In this document: positions 23,988 through 32,631 of the stretch, piece after piece | How the letters are laid out: each line of letters begins with the position of its first letter | Position numbering within the stretch: the stretch's first letter is position 1 | Source: an uncultured Oscillospiraceae bacterium | Lineage (GTDB): Bacteria; Bacillota; Clostridia; Oscillospirales; QAMX01 | DNA: 64,000 bases | Assembly: GCA_964448855.1 (NCBI GenBank) | Contig: CAYUXI010000003.1 | Location: forward strand, 32,976-96,975 | Direction of reading: 5' to 3' | Notes under the pieces: model-generated | The model's database searches: none | What the model saw: the letters and a program-made list of their open reading frames with translations, nothing else | What the model was told of the DNA's origin: nothing | Made by a program: the position numbers and the translations under genes

Positions 23988-25232
23988 TCACTGATATTTG
24001 CCGTCTGCGGTCAAAGTGTGCAAAGCTGGGGTGCCGTCTTCACCTTCCAGGACAATGTATAAGACGTCCTGATATTCTCCCAGCGCATAGCAGCTCTGGA
24101 TATAGAGTGTCGTTCGATGCGTGGGCTCAGCAACAAGAACAGATGCTCTCCAGTCGAGATTGTCGGAGTAGAAGATCTCCAAACAACCCTTCTCTGCAGA
24201 TCTCACAGAAACCCGTGCATTGCCCAACAGATAATGCTTGGTGCCTGTATCAAATGCCAGATTGTTGATCTTGGATTGCTCGGTTCGCAAATTGTCTTGA
24301 TCATAGGAAACGGTTGAGAGCTCTTCCGGTGCCAACGTGAATTTGTCTCCGGAAAGTGCTTCGTGCGAATAGCAACCGTAAATAATCCGGTCATCCGACT
24401 CACGAATCACGGCGTACAGTCCGCCATTGTCCAACAGATAGCTTTCCGGATAATAGGGTCTGCCAAACAACTGCTCGATGTCCGGATCCTCATCAAAAAT
24501 TTCAGACAGCAAAACGCGATGCAGCCCTCTGTCATTGATGCCGCCATTCCAGATCAGATATAGATAGGTGCCGTCGGTATCAAATCCAAAGTTGCCGCCG
24601 TAGCCGTTGGTTGATTTGTCGATCAACGCATTTGTTTTCCCGGAGGTCAAATCCAGCACCTCCACATAAACTCGGCCTTTTCTGGTGGAAACATCCACAA
24701 GATAATAGGCGAAGCACAACGTGTCATTGATGATCAACATATTTTCTGCGGAAGCACCTGCAACGGAATAAACAGTCTCGACCGTACCGCTGGCCAGATC
24801 ATATCGGCGAATCTCGCAGGAATCGACGGTGTCCTGGTCTGTAGCTTCTATATCTTCGGTGAAATAAATCCCACCTGCATACGCATTCAGCTTGGCTGAA
24901 ATCGGAAACAGGGAATCCTGGTTGATCGGGCAGTGCTCCTGCAAATCGGTTCCGTCCATTTGAAGACTACATAACATATGGTCACTGTTCAAAAAGAAGA
25001 CGCGGTTTTCTGCAAAACACAGCGAAGAGGTGCTTTGCAGAAGATTGTTGGGAAGATTGCCAAAGGTGACCTCCTTCGCCGGATAGGTCGTTGGATTGTC
25101 TGCAGAAGGCGTGCCCTGATTCTGTTGGGATTGATCGGGCAGCTTGCTTCCTTCAGAAGTTGTCTGACTGCTGCAGGCAACCAGAGAAAACAGCATGAGG
25201 CAAGCAAGAAAAACAGAAAGGATTTGTTTCAT
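23988..25232 (-). CDS. lipoprotein, beta-propeller-like (DUF5050-like)
   Basis: AAGGAG ribosome-binding site plus ATG 25232. Lipobox MLFSLVAC-SSQ, with repeated YF/YY-containing blades. Confidence 0.6.
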   Translation of the reverse strand: MKQILSVFLACLMLFSLVACSSQTTSEGSKLPDQSQQNQGTPSADNPTTYPAKEVTFGNLPNNLLQSTSSLCFAENRVFFLNSDHMLCSLQMDGTDLQEHCPINQDSLFPISAKLNAYAGGIYFTEDIEATDQDTVDSCEIRRYDLASGTVETVYSVAGASAENMLIINDTLCFAYYLVDVSTRKGRVYVEVLDLTSGKTNALIDKSTNGYGGNFGFDTDGTYLYLIWNGGINDRGLHRVLLSEIFDEDPDIEQLFGRPYYPESYLLDNGGLYAVIRESDDRIIYGCYSHEALSGDKFTLAPEELSTVSYDQDNLRTEQSKINNLAFDTGTKHYLLGNARVSVRSAEKGCLEIFYSDNLDWRASVLVAEPTHRTTLYIQSCYALGEYQDVLYIVLEGEDGTPALHTLTADGKYQ

Positions 25233-25634
25233 AAGTGGCTCCTTACACCAAATATTTCCGTATGTGTTTTGAAAAACCCAGATTTTCAAAACACATACAT
25301 TTCATTATACCATAAATCCGGATGCCTTGCAAGATATGGCCGACGGTACAGAACGCATCTGCCACCCGCATATGCTTTCCGACCCTGCGCTCCAACCCAA
25401 AAAAGCAGCCACCATTCCCCAAAAGATACAAAACCGCTGCTACTTCCATCCTGCATGGGGGATGAAAATTGCAGCGGTTTTACTAAAAAACGCTTTCACA
25501 AATCCACAGCAGCCGATCTCAGACATTTTCCGGAAACCTATGAACGTATAAAATTCAACGGTCTATCCATTTGAGTTGTTCATTGATTCCGAAAATGGGA
25601 CACTGTATAAACTCCGTTCTAACTGTTGAAATCA

Positions 25635-25811
25635 TTATTTATCTTTCTTTCTGGATATACAAGATAACAAAAGTGCAATCGTATTGAGAGTAAAGCCTGC
25701 CGATAACAGTACTTGATTCTTGTCCGGCTGAGCAATACATACTGCCAAACAAATAAGTCCGACTAACGAAATGAAAATCCTAGCAATCAAGACAATCATA
25801 TCTTTTTTCAT
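25635..25811 (-). CDS. small 2-TM membrane protein (58 aa)
   Basis: AGGGGGAA ribosome-binding site. Sequence: MKKDMIVLIARIFISLVGLICLAVCIAQPDKNQVLLSAGFTLNTIALLLSCISRKKDK. It lies 15 nt downstream of the XRE gene, within the low-GC patch. Not in the ORF track. Confidence 0.6.
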   Translation of the reverse strand: MKKDMIVLIARIFISLVGLICLAVCIAQPDKNQVLLSAGFTLNTIALLLSCISRKKDK

Positions 25812-25826
25812 AATGCGTTCCCCCTA

Positions 25827-26291
25827 TTATTTTCTTTTTGACCCTTTAGCAACGACATAAATGCCCGCCAGCATTTCAACGATTGATAATCCCGACAGAA
25901 GTCCTGCCAAAAAGTCCTTGACATTTGAACCGCCCAAGGTATGTGATAATGCCTGTAAAGCAATCCCCATTACAATGAGGATAACGCCGGTTAGCATCAC
26001 TTTTTGTTTTTCTAACTCTTGTGTGCGTCTTAATAAATCGAGGATTTGTTCATCATCATATGAACGAATATTTTTTTCATCATTTTCTTCGCCGTCCATC
26101 AGTTCAGAAACTGTTATTTTCAATTCCTCGCACAGTTTCTTTACCACGGCATAGTCGGGCATACATTTTGCTGTTTCCCATTTTGAAATGGTTTTGTTTG
26201 AAACTCCCAAGCGTTCAGCAAGTTGTTCTTGCGTTAAATTTTGCTCTTTTCGTTTTTGAGCGATGAATTTGCCTATAGCAATTTGATCCAT
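25827..26291 (-). CDS. XRE-family HTH regulator with C-terminal transmembrane segments
   Basis: IGKFIAQKRKEQNLTQEQLAERLGVSNKTISKWETAKCMPD is a classic Cro/C1 HTH. The C-terminus has two hydrophobic helices. AAAGGAGG ribosome-binding site. Confidence 0.85.
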   Translation of the reverse strand: MDQIAIGKFIAQKRKEQNLTQEQLAERLGVSNKTISKWETAKCMPDYAVVKKLCEELKITVSELMDGEENDEKNIRSYDDEQILDLLRRTQELEKQKVMLTGVILIVMGIALQALSHTLGGSNVKDFLAGLLSGLSIVEMLAGIYVVAKGSKRK

Positions 26292-26523
26292 TTCGGATAC
26301 CTCCTTTGGTTCCTCGTGATTAGAATAGCATTTTTACTTGCAAAATTACACCCCTTATCAGGCGAATATGCGAGGAATAGCTATTGGACTGCACGTTCTA
26401 GGTAATGGTTAGGAGGTTTTGCATCTTTTGGTATAAGGCATACTTGGTTAGCATTCCAAAATGCCATCCGCAATCATCAGGTGTGTGATCCAGCTCGTCC
26501 ATATCCAAGTGAATCTTGATATG

Positions 26524-27894
26524 CTACTTTGCATTCAGTTTGGACAAAAGACATACCGTCTCGACGTTGGCCGTGCGCGGGAAGAGATCGAACCCGGAAA
26601 CCGCGTCCACCTGATATCCGCCGGAACGCAGACGCGCAACGTCCCGCGCCAGCGTGGCCGGGTCGCAGGAAACGTAGATCAGATGCCGGATATCCAGATC
26701 GGAGAGAAATTGACAGACCGGCTCCGCCAATCCCTTGCGCGGCGGGTCAACGACCACCAAATCCGGGTGAAAATCAATCTGAACCAGCTGCGCCATCGTG
26801 TCCTGTGCATCGGCACAGAAAAAGCGGACATTTTTCAGCTGGTTCTGCGCGGCGTTCGCTTCCGCATCCCGCACCGCATCCGGCACGGATTCAATGCCGA
26901 CAGCCGACCGACAGCGCCGCGCAAGCGCCAACGTAATGCTGCCGGCGCCGCAGAAGAGATCGAGCACATTCAGGGTTTCGAGCGGAGCGCACTGCGCCGC
27001 ATAGGCGAGAATCTGTGCATACAGCCGCTCACACTGCGCATGATTGACCTGATAAAAGGTGTGCGGGGAAAGGGACAGCGTGTTCCCGGCGAGGACATCG
27101 GTAATCACCGGCTCGCCCCAGATACGGAAGATGCGCTCACCGATCAGACGGTTGGAGGCCTCCGGCTGGTGCGAAAGCAGAACGGATGTCAGCTCCGGCG
27201 CGGCTGCTTTCAAATATAGCACCAGCTCCTCCGAATAGGGGAGACGGCGCTTGGCCGCGTTGATGCAGACCATGATTTCGCCGGAGACAGCACCACGGCG
27301 AATGAAAATGCTGCGGACGACGCCCTTCTGCGTGGCTTCATCATAGGCGGGAACACCATATTCGTTCATATAAGTGCAGACGGCCGCAGCCAGCTCGCTG
27401 AAGACCGGCGGATGAATCCGACAGGTCGCACAGGGAATCACTGCGTGCGTGTTGGCACGGAAAAAGCCGAAAACCGCTTTTCCATCCTTGCCGGGTGCAA
27501 CCGGGAAAATGGCCTTGTTGCGGTAGGCATCGGTGGACTCAGCCGGATGATACGCAATCTCCGGACAGGAAATGCCGCCGATCCGCTCCAAAGCGGAGGC
27601 AATCTGCTCCTTTTTTAAGTGGGATTCCGCTTCGTAGGTGATATGCCGGTAGTTGCAGCCGCCGCAGGCCGGGAAGGCTGGACAGTCATTTGCAATGCGG
27701 TCGGGCGAGGGCTGGATACAGCGCTCGGTTCGCCCGATTGCGCGATTCGAAAGGCATTTGACAATCCGAACCTCCAAAACGTCCCCAACAGCTGCACCCG
27801 GGACAAAAACTGCGATGCCCTCGGCGCGGCCAATTCCGTGCCCGTCATGCGTATATCCTGTGATGGTCAATTCAAACAAATCGTTTTTTTTCAA
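26524..27894 (-). CDS. rlmD: 23S rRNA (uracil-5)-methyltransferase RlmD/RumA family
   Basis: N-terminal TRAM domain, Fe-S Cys cluster (CPAFPACGGCNYRH), SAM motif LDLFCGAGSI, and a VETVCLL C-terminus. Confidence 0.85.
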   Translation of the reverse strand: MKKNDLFELTITGYTHDGHGIGRAEGIAVFVPGAAVGDVLEVRIVKCLSNRAIGRTERCIQPSPDRIANDCPAFPACGGCNYRHITYEAESHLKKEQIASALERIGGISCPEIAYHPAESTDAYRNKAIFPVAPGKDGKAVFGFFRANTHAVIPCATCRIHPPVFSELAAAVCTYMNEYGVPAYDEATQKGVVRSIFIRRGAVSGEIMVCINAAKRRLPYSEELVLYLKAAAPELTSVLLSHQPEASNRLIGERIFRIWGEPVITDVLAGNTLSLSPHTFYQVNHAQCERLYAQILAYAAQCAPLETLNVLDLFCGAGSITLALARRCRSAVGIESVPDAVRDAEANAAQNQLKNVRFFCADAQDTMAQLVQIDFHPDLVVVDPPRKGLAEPVCQFLSDLDIRHLIYVSCDPATLARDVARLRSGGYQVDAVSGFDLFPRTANVETVCLLSKLNAK

Positions 27895-27906
27895 AATGCT
27901 GCCTCT

Positions 27907-28899
27907 CTATCCCATATATAATGGATTGATTTTCAACTGCCCCGTCAATTCGCTGTAAGGAATCGTGAATTGGAGAATACCTGCACTGTAGGATGCCAGT
28001 TCAAAGGGATTGAAGTAAATCACAAGGCCTTTCTCGCTGAAATACCAACGGTTCTCCAGCTCGAAGAAGTAGACCAGATTTTCATAGTCGGCATAATACG
28101 CCGTTGGGTTCGACCGGATTTCCGTGAGAATCGCCTCATAGATTGTTTTCTGACCACCCGAAAGGCCGGAAGAAAAGATGCCGGGCAGCTTGAAGGCAGT
28201 GTTGGAGGCAACTGAGAAATTGTAGGTTCGCTGAGCGATGGAGTCGTGAGCTTCGCCGGTATGCTTGGTTTCCGTGAAAACAATCGATACAGCAGTGGCC
28301 GAGCAGACGGTAACTTCATACTCGACAGAGAGGCGATAGGGCAGTGCGCTGTCTCCGGCGGTGCGCGCCTGCTTGGCGTATGTCAGCAGCTCCTCCAGCG
28401 CATATTTTTCATATTCAGCGGCAATGGCTGCCACGGCCTTGTTCAGCACGTCGGGAGACGAGCTGTCGCCGTCTGATGCTGTAAAAACAGGATAGGACAC
28501 CTGATACCGGAGAACGACCTGACCGTTGTCGGATTCCTCGCCGGACAGATTGTCAGAGCGCAGCAGCTGAAACGAGGTATCAACAATCTGCGGCGGCTCC
28601 GAGGAAGAGGTGCTGGTGGCGGGAACACTCGACGTGTCCGAGGAGGTTCCGCTAGTCTGGTCGGACGAGGACTGAGCCGGACCGATGAGGTCGAGCGTGA
28701 TGGGCGGGAGCGTGCCGACTGTCCCGATGGAGGTCGAGGAGGATTCAGTCGTCCCCTGTACCTCCGGGCTGTCGCCCTCGTCGCCGGAAGCGATGAGAAT
28801 GGCTATCATCGCGGCCAGCAGCAGCGGTGCTGCAATGGCGATGCACAGCTTCCACGGAATGGGACGTTTTCGAAATTTGAGCTGAAACGGAAAAGACAT
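27907..28899 (-). CDS. membrane-anchored DUF3298/DUF4163 (RsiV-like) protein
   Basis: N-terminal TM segment, a Ser/Thr-rich linker, and a C-terminal WYFSEKGLVIYFNPFELASYSAGILQFTIPY stretch typical of DUF3298. Confidence 0.65.
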   Translation of the reverse strand: MSFPFQLKFRKRPIPWKLCIAIAAPLLLAAMIAILIASGDEGDSPEVQGTTESSSTSIGTVGTLPPITLDLIGPAQSSSDQTSGTSSDTSSVPATSTSSSEPPQIVDTSFQLLRSDNLSGEESDNGQVVLRYQVSYPVFTASDGDSSSPDVLNKAVAAIAAEYEKYALEELLTYAKQARTAGDSALPYRLSVEYEVTVCSATAVSIVFTETKHTGEAHDSIAQRTYNFSVASNTAFKLPGIFSSGLSGGQKTIYEAILTEIRSNPTAYYADYENLVYFFELENRWYFSEKGLVIYFNPFELASYSAGILQFTIPYSELTGQLKINPLYMG

Positions 28900-29071
28900 G
28901 ACGATGTATCAGAGCCGCCCGAAACGGGCAGGCAATCCTTTCATGATTTTTCGACGCCCGGATTTCTGCAAAGGTTGACGCTCCACAGAAAACGAGGCGC
29001 CTCTATTATACCATAAAGCAAGGAAAAAGAAAAGTTGCACAGAAAAAAACCGAAAAAAACGTTTTTCAGAC

Positions 29072-29099
29072 TTGACAAATCGGAGATTTCTGGTATAAT
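29072..29099 (+). promoter_or_regulatory. sigma-A-like promoter of the rpsF-ssb-rpsR operon
   Basis: TTGACA, a 16-nt spacer, then TATAAT, about 100 nt before the rpsF ATG. Confidence 0.6.
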
Positions 29100-29196
29100 A
29101 AACAGGATGGCTGGCACGTCCGCAGACGTTCCGGCCGCCAATCCTTACTCCCGGCAGAAGCGCGGGGGTCATAGACCAGAAGGAGGTGTATCTGAA

Positions 29197-29499
29197 ATGG
29201 CAAACATGGGCAAATACGAAGCAGTCATTATCATCAATGCCACTTTGGACGACAGCGCGATCGAGGACACAATCAACCGTGTCAAAAACCTGATCGGTGA
29301 ACACGGTACGCTGGACGCCATCGATGATTGGGGCAAGCGCAAGCTCGCATACCCGATCGACGACATGATGGAAGGCTATTACGTTCTGCTGAACTTCACC
29401 GCTCCGAAGGAATTCCCGGCAGAACTCGATCGAATCTGCAACATCAGCGACGCGGTCATCCGCTCCCTGATCGTCGCAAAGGAAGAAGAACAGAAGTAA
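29197..29499 (+). CDS. rpsF: 30S ribosomal protein S6
   Basis: GAAGGAGGTG ribosome-binding site. MANMGKYEAVIIINATLDD...WGKRKLAYPI is the S6 signature. Confidence 0.9.
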   Translation: MANMGKYEAVIIINATLDDSAIEDTINRVKNLIGEHGTLDAIDDWGKRKLAYPIDDMMEGYYVLLNFTAPKEFPAELDRICNISDAVIRSLIVAKEEEQK

Positions 29500-29532
29500 T
29501 CTCAATCAATTAGAAAGGGCGTGTCCTTCCGT

Positions 29533-30003
29533 ATGCTGAATAAAGCGATTTTAATGGGGCGTCTGACGCGTGACCCTGAACTCAGACACACGCAGAATAA
29601 TACGCCCGTTGCATCCTTCCGCCTCGCAGTTGATCGTGGCCGCAAAAGTGCGGATTCCAATCAACCGTCCGCCGATTTCATCGACATCGTCGCGTGGAAT
29701 CAACAGGCAGAATTTGTTTCACGCTACTTCCGGAAAGGCCAGCTTGTCGCTGTCTGCGGGCGGATTCAGACAAGAACCTGGACGGATAACAACGGGAACA
29801 ACCGCAATAGCGTCGAAGTTGTGGCCGACGAAGTTCATTTCGCCGAACCGAAACGCGACAGCTATGATTCTGCTCCGACAGGCGGTCAACAGGGCGGATA
29901 TGCGCCGGCTCCCTCCAATCGGGCAGCTGCGCCGGTTGCACCGCAACCCTATTCGGGTGGCTTTGATGAGATCACCGACGATGACGGTGACCTTCCGTTC
30001 TGA
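29533..30003 (+). CDS. ssb: single-stranded DNA-binding protein
   Basis: MLNKAILMGRLTRDPELRHT OB-fold start and an acidic tip DDDGDLPF. Confidence 0.9.
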   Translation: MLNKAILMGRLTRDPELRHTQNNTPVASFRLAVDRGRKSADSNQPSADFIDIVAWNQQAEFVSRYFRKGQLVAVCGRIQTRTWTDNNGNNRNSVEVVADEVHFAEPKRDSYDSAPTGGQQGGYAPAPSNRAAAPVAPQPYSGGFDEITDDDGDLPF

Positions 30004-30068
30004 CCCTGCGTTGAATTTTCGCCGGATATTCCGGCAAGTGACATTGCTTTGAAAAGGAGGCCATTTCC

Positions 30069-30314
30069 GTGGAAAACGAAAGAACCGAACGGCCTGCGCG
30101 TCCGCGCAAACGCAGAAAGGTCTGCGTATTCTGTGCCGATAAGATCTACGACATCGATTATAAAGACGTGTCCCGTCTTCGCCGCTTCATGAGCGAACGC
30201 GCGAAGATCCTGCCCCGCCGCATGACGGGCACCTGCGCGAAGCATCAGCGCCAGCTGACCATCGCCATTAAACGCGCACGTCATATCGCACTGCTGCCGT
30301 ATATCTCCGACTAA
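30069..30314 (+). CDS. rpsR: 30S ribosomal protein S18
   Basis: AAGGAGG ribosome-binding site plus a GTG start. Motif [49 protein letters not shown]. Confidence 0.9.
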   Translation: MENERTERPARPRKRRKVCVFCADKIYDIDYKDVSRLRRFMSERAKILPRRMTGTCAKHQRQLTIAIKRARHIALLPYISD

Positions 30315-30328
30315 ACCCGATTGGATCG

Positions 30329-30372
30329 AAAGAGCTGTGAACCTCAAAAAGGCTTCACAGCTCTTTTTTTCT
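30329..30372 (+). terminator. rho-independent terminator after rpsR
   Basis: AGAGCTGTGAA/TTCACAGCTCT stem followed by TTTTTTT. Confidence 0.85.
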
Positions 30373-30424
30373 CGAGTCAATCGCAGAATTTCGAAAAAAA
30401 CTGCGGGACGGGCAAACCTGCCTC

Positions 30425-30453
30425 TTGACAAACGCAGGGGGAAGTATTATAAT
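30425..30453 (+). promoter_or_regulatory. consensus sigma-A promoter
   Basis: TTGACA, a 17-nt spacer, then TATAAT (both hexamers are perfect consensus). Confidence 0.7.
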
Positions 30454-30473
30454 ACACACATTAACTCGGAGAG

Positions 30474-30485
30474 ATTGTATACAAT
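30474..30485. promoter_or_regulatory. candidate GntR-family operator
   Basis: ATTGTATACAAT is a 12-bp perfect palindrome fitting the GT-N-AC core of FadR/GntR operators. It lies between the promoter and the first gene of an operon that encodes a GntR regulator. Confidence 0.45.
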
Positions 30486-30522
30486 TATACAAACATACGA
30501 GCATACGAAAGGATCTATACCT

Positions 30523-31902
30523 ATGTTAGACCGTAATCATCATTCGAATCTCCTCGAACAGGACCCGTACCGCTATACCCTGCAGGACGTCGATGAGCCA
30601 GTTCTGTTCCGGGAAATTTACCCGTACACGGAAGTGCCGAAGGTGGTTTTCAACCATCGTCGTGTTGACCTGGCCATGCCGGATGAAATCTGGATTACGG
30701 ATACGACCTTCCGCGACGGACAGCAGTCTCAGGCGCCGTATTCCGTCGAGCAGATGCTCGATCTGTTTGATTTGCTCCATCGGCTGAGCGGCCCGAACGG
30801 AATCATTCGGCAGACCGAATTTTTCGTCTACAGCGAAAAGGATCGGAAGGCCATTGAAAAATGCATGGAGCGCGGCTATCAGTTCCCGGAAATCACGACC
30901 TGGATCCGCGCCACCAAAAAAGACTTCGACCTCGTCAAATCCATCGGAATCCGCGAAACGGGTATCCTCGTTTCCTGCTCCGACTACCATATTTTCAAGA
31001 AGCTCCGGATGTCCCGCAGTGAAGCCATGGGGCATTACCTGTCTGTCATCTCCGATGCACTCGATGCCGGTCTGGTTCCGAGATGCCACTTTGAGGATAT
31101 CACCCGCGCCGACTTCTACGGCTTTGTTGTTCCGTTCGTCAATGCGTTGATGGACATGAGCCGCGACGCCGGTATCCCGGTCAAAATCCGGATCTGCGAC
31201 ACGCTCGGATACGGGATTCCGTATCCCGGTGTGGCACTGCCGCGTAGCGTTCCGGGCATCATCAACGGCCTGCGCCATTACTCCGGCGTTCCGAGTGCTC
31301 AGCTGGAATGGCACGGCCACAACGACTTTTACAAGGCTGTTGCCAATGCGACTACGGCATGGCTCTACGGCGCATCGGCCGTCAACTGCTCGCTCCTTGG
31401 CATCGGCGAACGGACGGGCAATATCCCGCTCGAAGCGATGGTGTTTGAGTATGCCTCGCTGCGCGGCACGACCGACGGCATGGACACCACGGTCATCACG
31501 GAAATTGCCGATTACTTTGAACACAACATGGGCTATTCCATTCCTGGCATGACGCCGTTTGTCGGCCGCTACTTCAACCAGACCCGTGCTGGAATCCATG
31601 CGGACGGCCTGATGAAGGATGAGGAAATCTACAACATCTTCGACACGCGCACCCTGCTGAACCGCAGCGCCGGTGTGGCCATCAACAGCACCTCCGGCCT
31701 GGCCGGTATCGCCTACTGGATCAATGATACCTATGGCCTGACTGGCAGCAAAACCATGGATAAGCACAGCGAGCCGGTTCAGAAAATCAAGGAATGGATT
31801 GATCAGGCTTATGCAGACGGCCGTCAGACCGTCATTTCGGATGAGGAAATGCGGATGCTGATTGACCGGTATGCGCCGGAACTGACGGCAACCGACAGGT
31901 AG
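30523..31902 (+). CDS. HMGL-like synthase (LeuA/NifV/Re-citrate-synthase family)
   Basis: ITDTTFRDGQQ and HGHNDFYKAVANA metal/substrate motifs. About 459 aa from ATG 30523; the ORF-track start at 30337 overlaps the promoter. Confidence 0.75.
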   Translation: MLDRNHHSNLLEQDPYRYTLQDVDEPVLFREIYPYTEVPKVVFNHRRVDLAMPDEIWITDTTFRDGQQSQAPYSVEQMLDLFDLLHRLSGPNGIIRQTEFFVYSEKDRKAIEKCMERGYQFPEITTWIRATKKDFDLVKSIGIRETGILVSCSDYHIFKKLRMSRSEAMGHYLSVISDALDAGLVPRCHFEDITRADFYGFVVPFVNALMDMSRDAGIPVKIRICDTLGYGIPYPGVALPRSVPGIINGLRHYSGVPSAQLEWHGHNDFYKAVANATTAWLYGASAVNCSLLGIGERTGNIPLEAMVFEYASLRGTTDGMDTTVITEIADYFEHNMGYSIPGMTPFVGRYFNQTRAGIHADGLMKDEEIYNIFDTRTLLNRSAGVAINSTSGLAGIAYWINDTYGLTGSKTMDKHSEPVQKIKEWIDQAYADGRQTVISDEEMRMLIDRYAPELTATDR

Positions 31903-31911
31903 GGCAGAACC

Positions 31912-32631
31912 ATGCTATCAACGATCAACAGCGATACCGAAAAAGGCTCCCTGACGTCACGCGTCTTCCAGAAAATTGAAAAAGAAATCGTAGACGGCAC
32001 CTTTGCCCCCGGCGAAAGCCTGACGGAAAGCCGCCTGTGTGAAACGCTCGGCGTCAGCCGCACACCCGTCCGCGAAGCGCTGTTCCAGCTCGAACAGGAA
32101 GGGCTCGTGCAGATGCAGCGCAACAAGGGCGCCGTGGTCATCGGCATCAGCGAAAAAGACATTGATGACATTTACACCATTCGAATGCAGATCGAAGGCT
32201 TGGCCTCTCGATGGGCGGCAGAACGCATCACCGAAGAGGAAAAAACGCGCCTGGCGGAAATTGTCGCGCTCGAAAAGTTCTATGCGGAGCGCGGCAATAT
32301 TGAGGAAAACCGCAACCTGGATCATATGTTCCACGACGGCCTCTATACGGCCAGCCGCTCAACACCACTTCGCAACACGCTGCGAACCTTCCATAACTAC
32401 ATCGGCCGTGCCCGCGCCATTTCCTTCCGAACGGGCGATCGGGCGCGGATTGCCGCCATTGAACATATGGCCATTCTGGACGCGGTCAACTGCGGTGACG
32501 GCGATCTGGCCGAACGGCTGACACGGGATCACATTGTCAACGCGAAGGCGAATCTGCTGCGTTCGATCCGAGAAAATCATCTGGCTGCCGATGATGAAAC
32601 CGACCAACCGACAGAAGGGGGATCGGTATGA
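31912..32631 (+). CDS. GntR-family transcriptional regulator (FadR/FCD subfamily)
   Basis: Winged HTH ESRLCETLGVSRTPVREALFQLEQEGLV plus an all-helical FCD-like C-terminal domain. Confidence 0.85.
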   Translation: MLSTINSDTEKGSLTSRVFQKIEKEIVDGTFAPGESLTESRLCETLGVSRTPVREALFQLEQEGLVQMQRNKGAVVIGISEKDIDDIYTIRMQIEGLASRWAAERITEEEKTRLAEIVALEKFYAERGNIEENRNLDHMFHDGLYTASRSTPLRNTLRTFHNYIGRARAISFRTGDRARIAAIEHMAILDAVNCGDGDLAERLTRDHIVNAKANLLRSIRENHLAADDETDQPTEGGSV

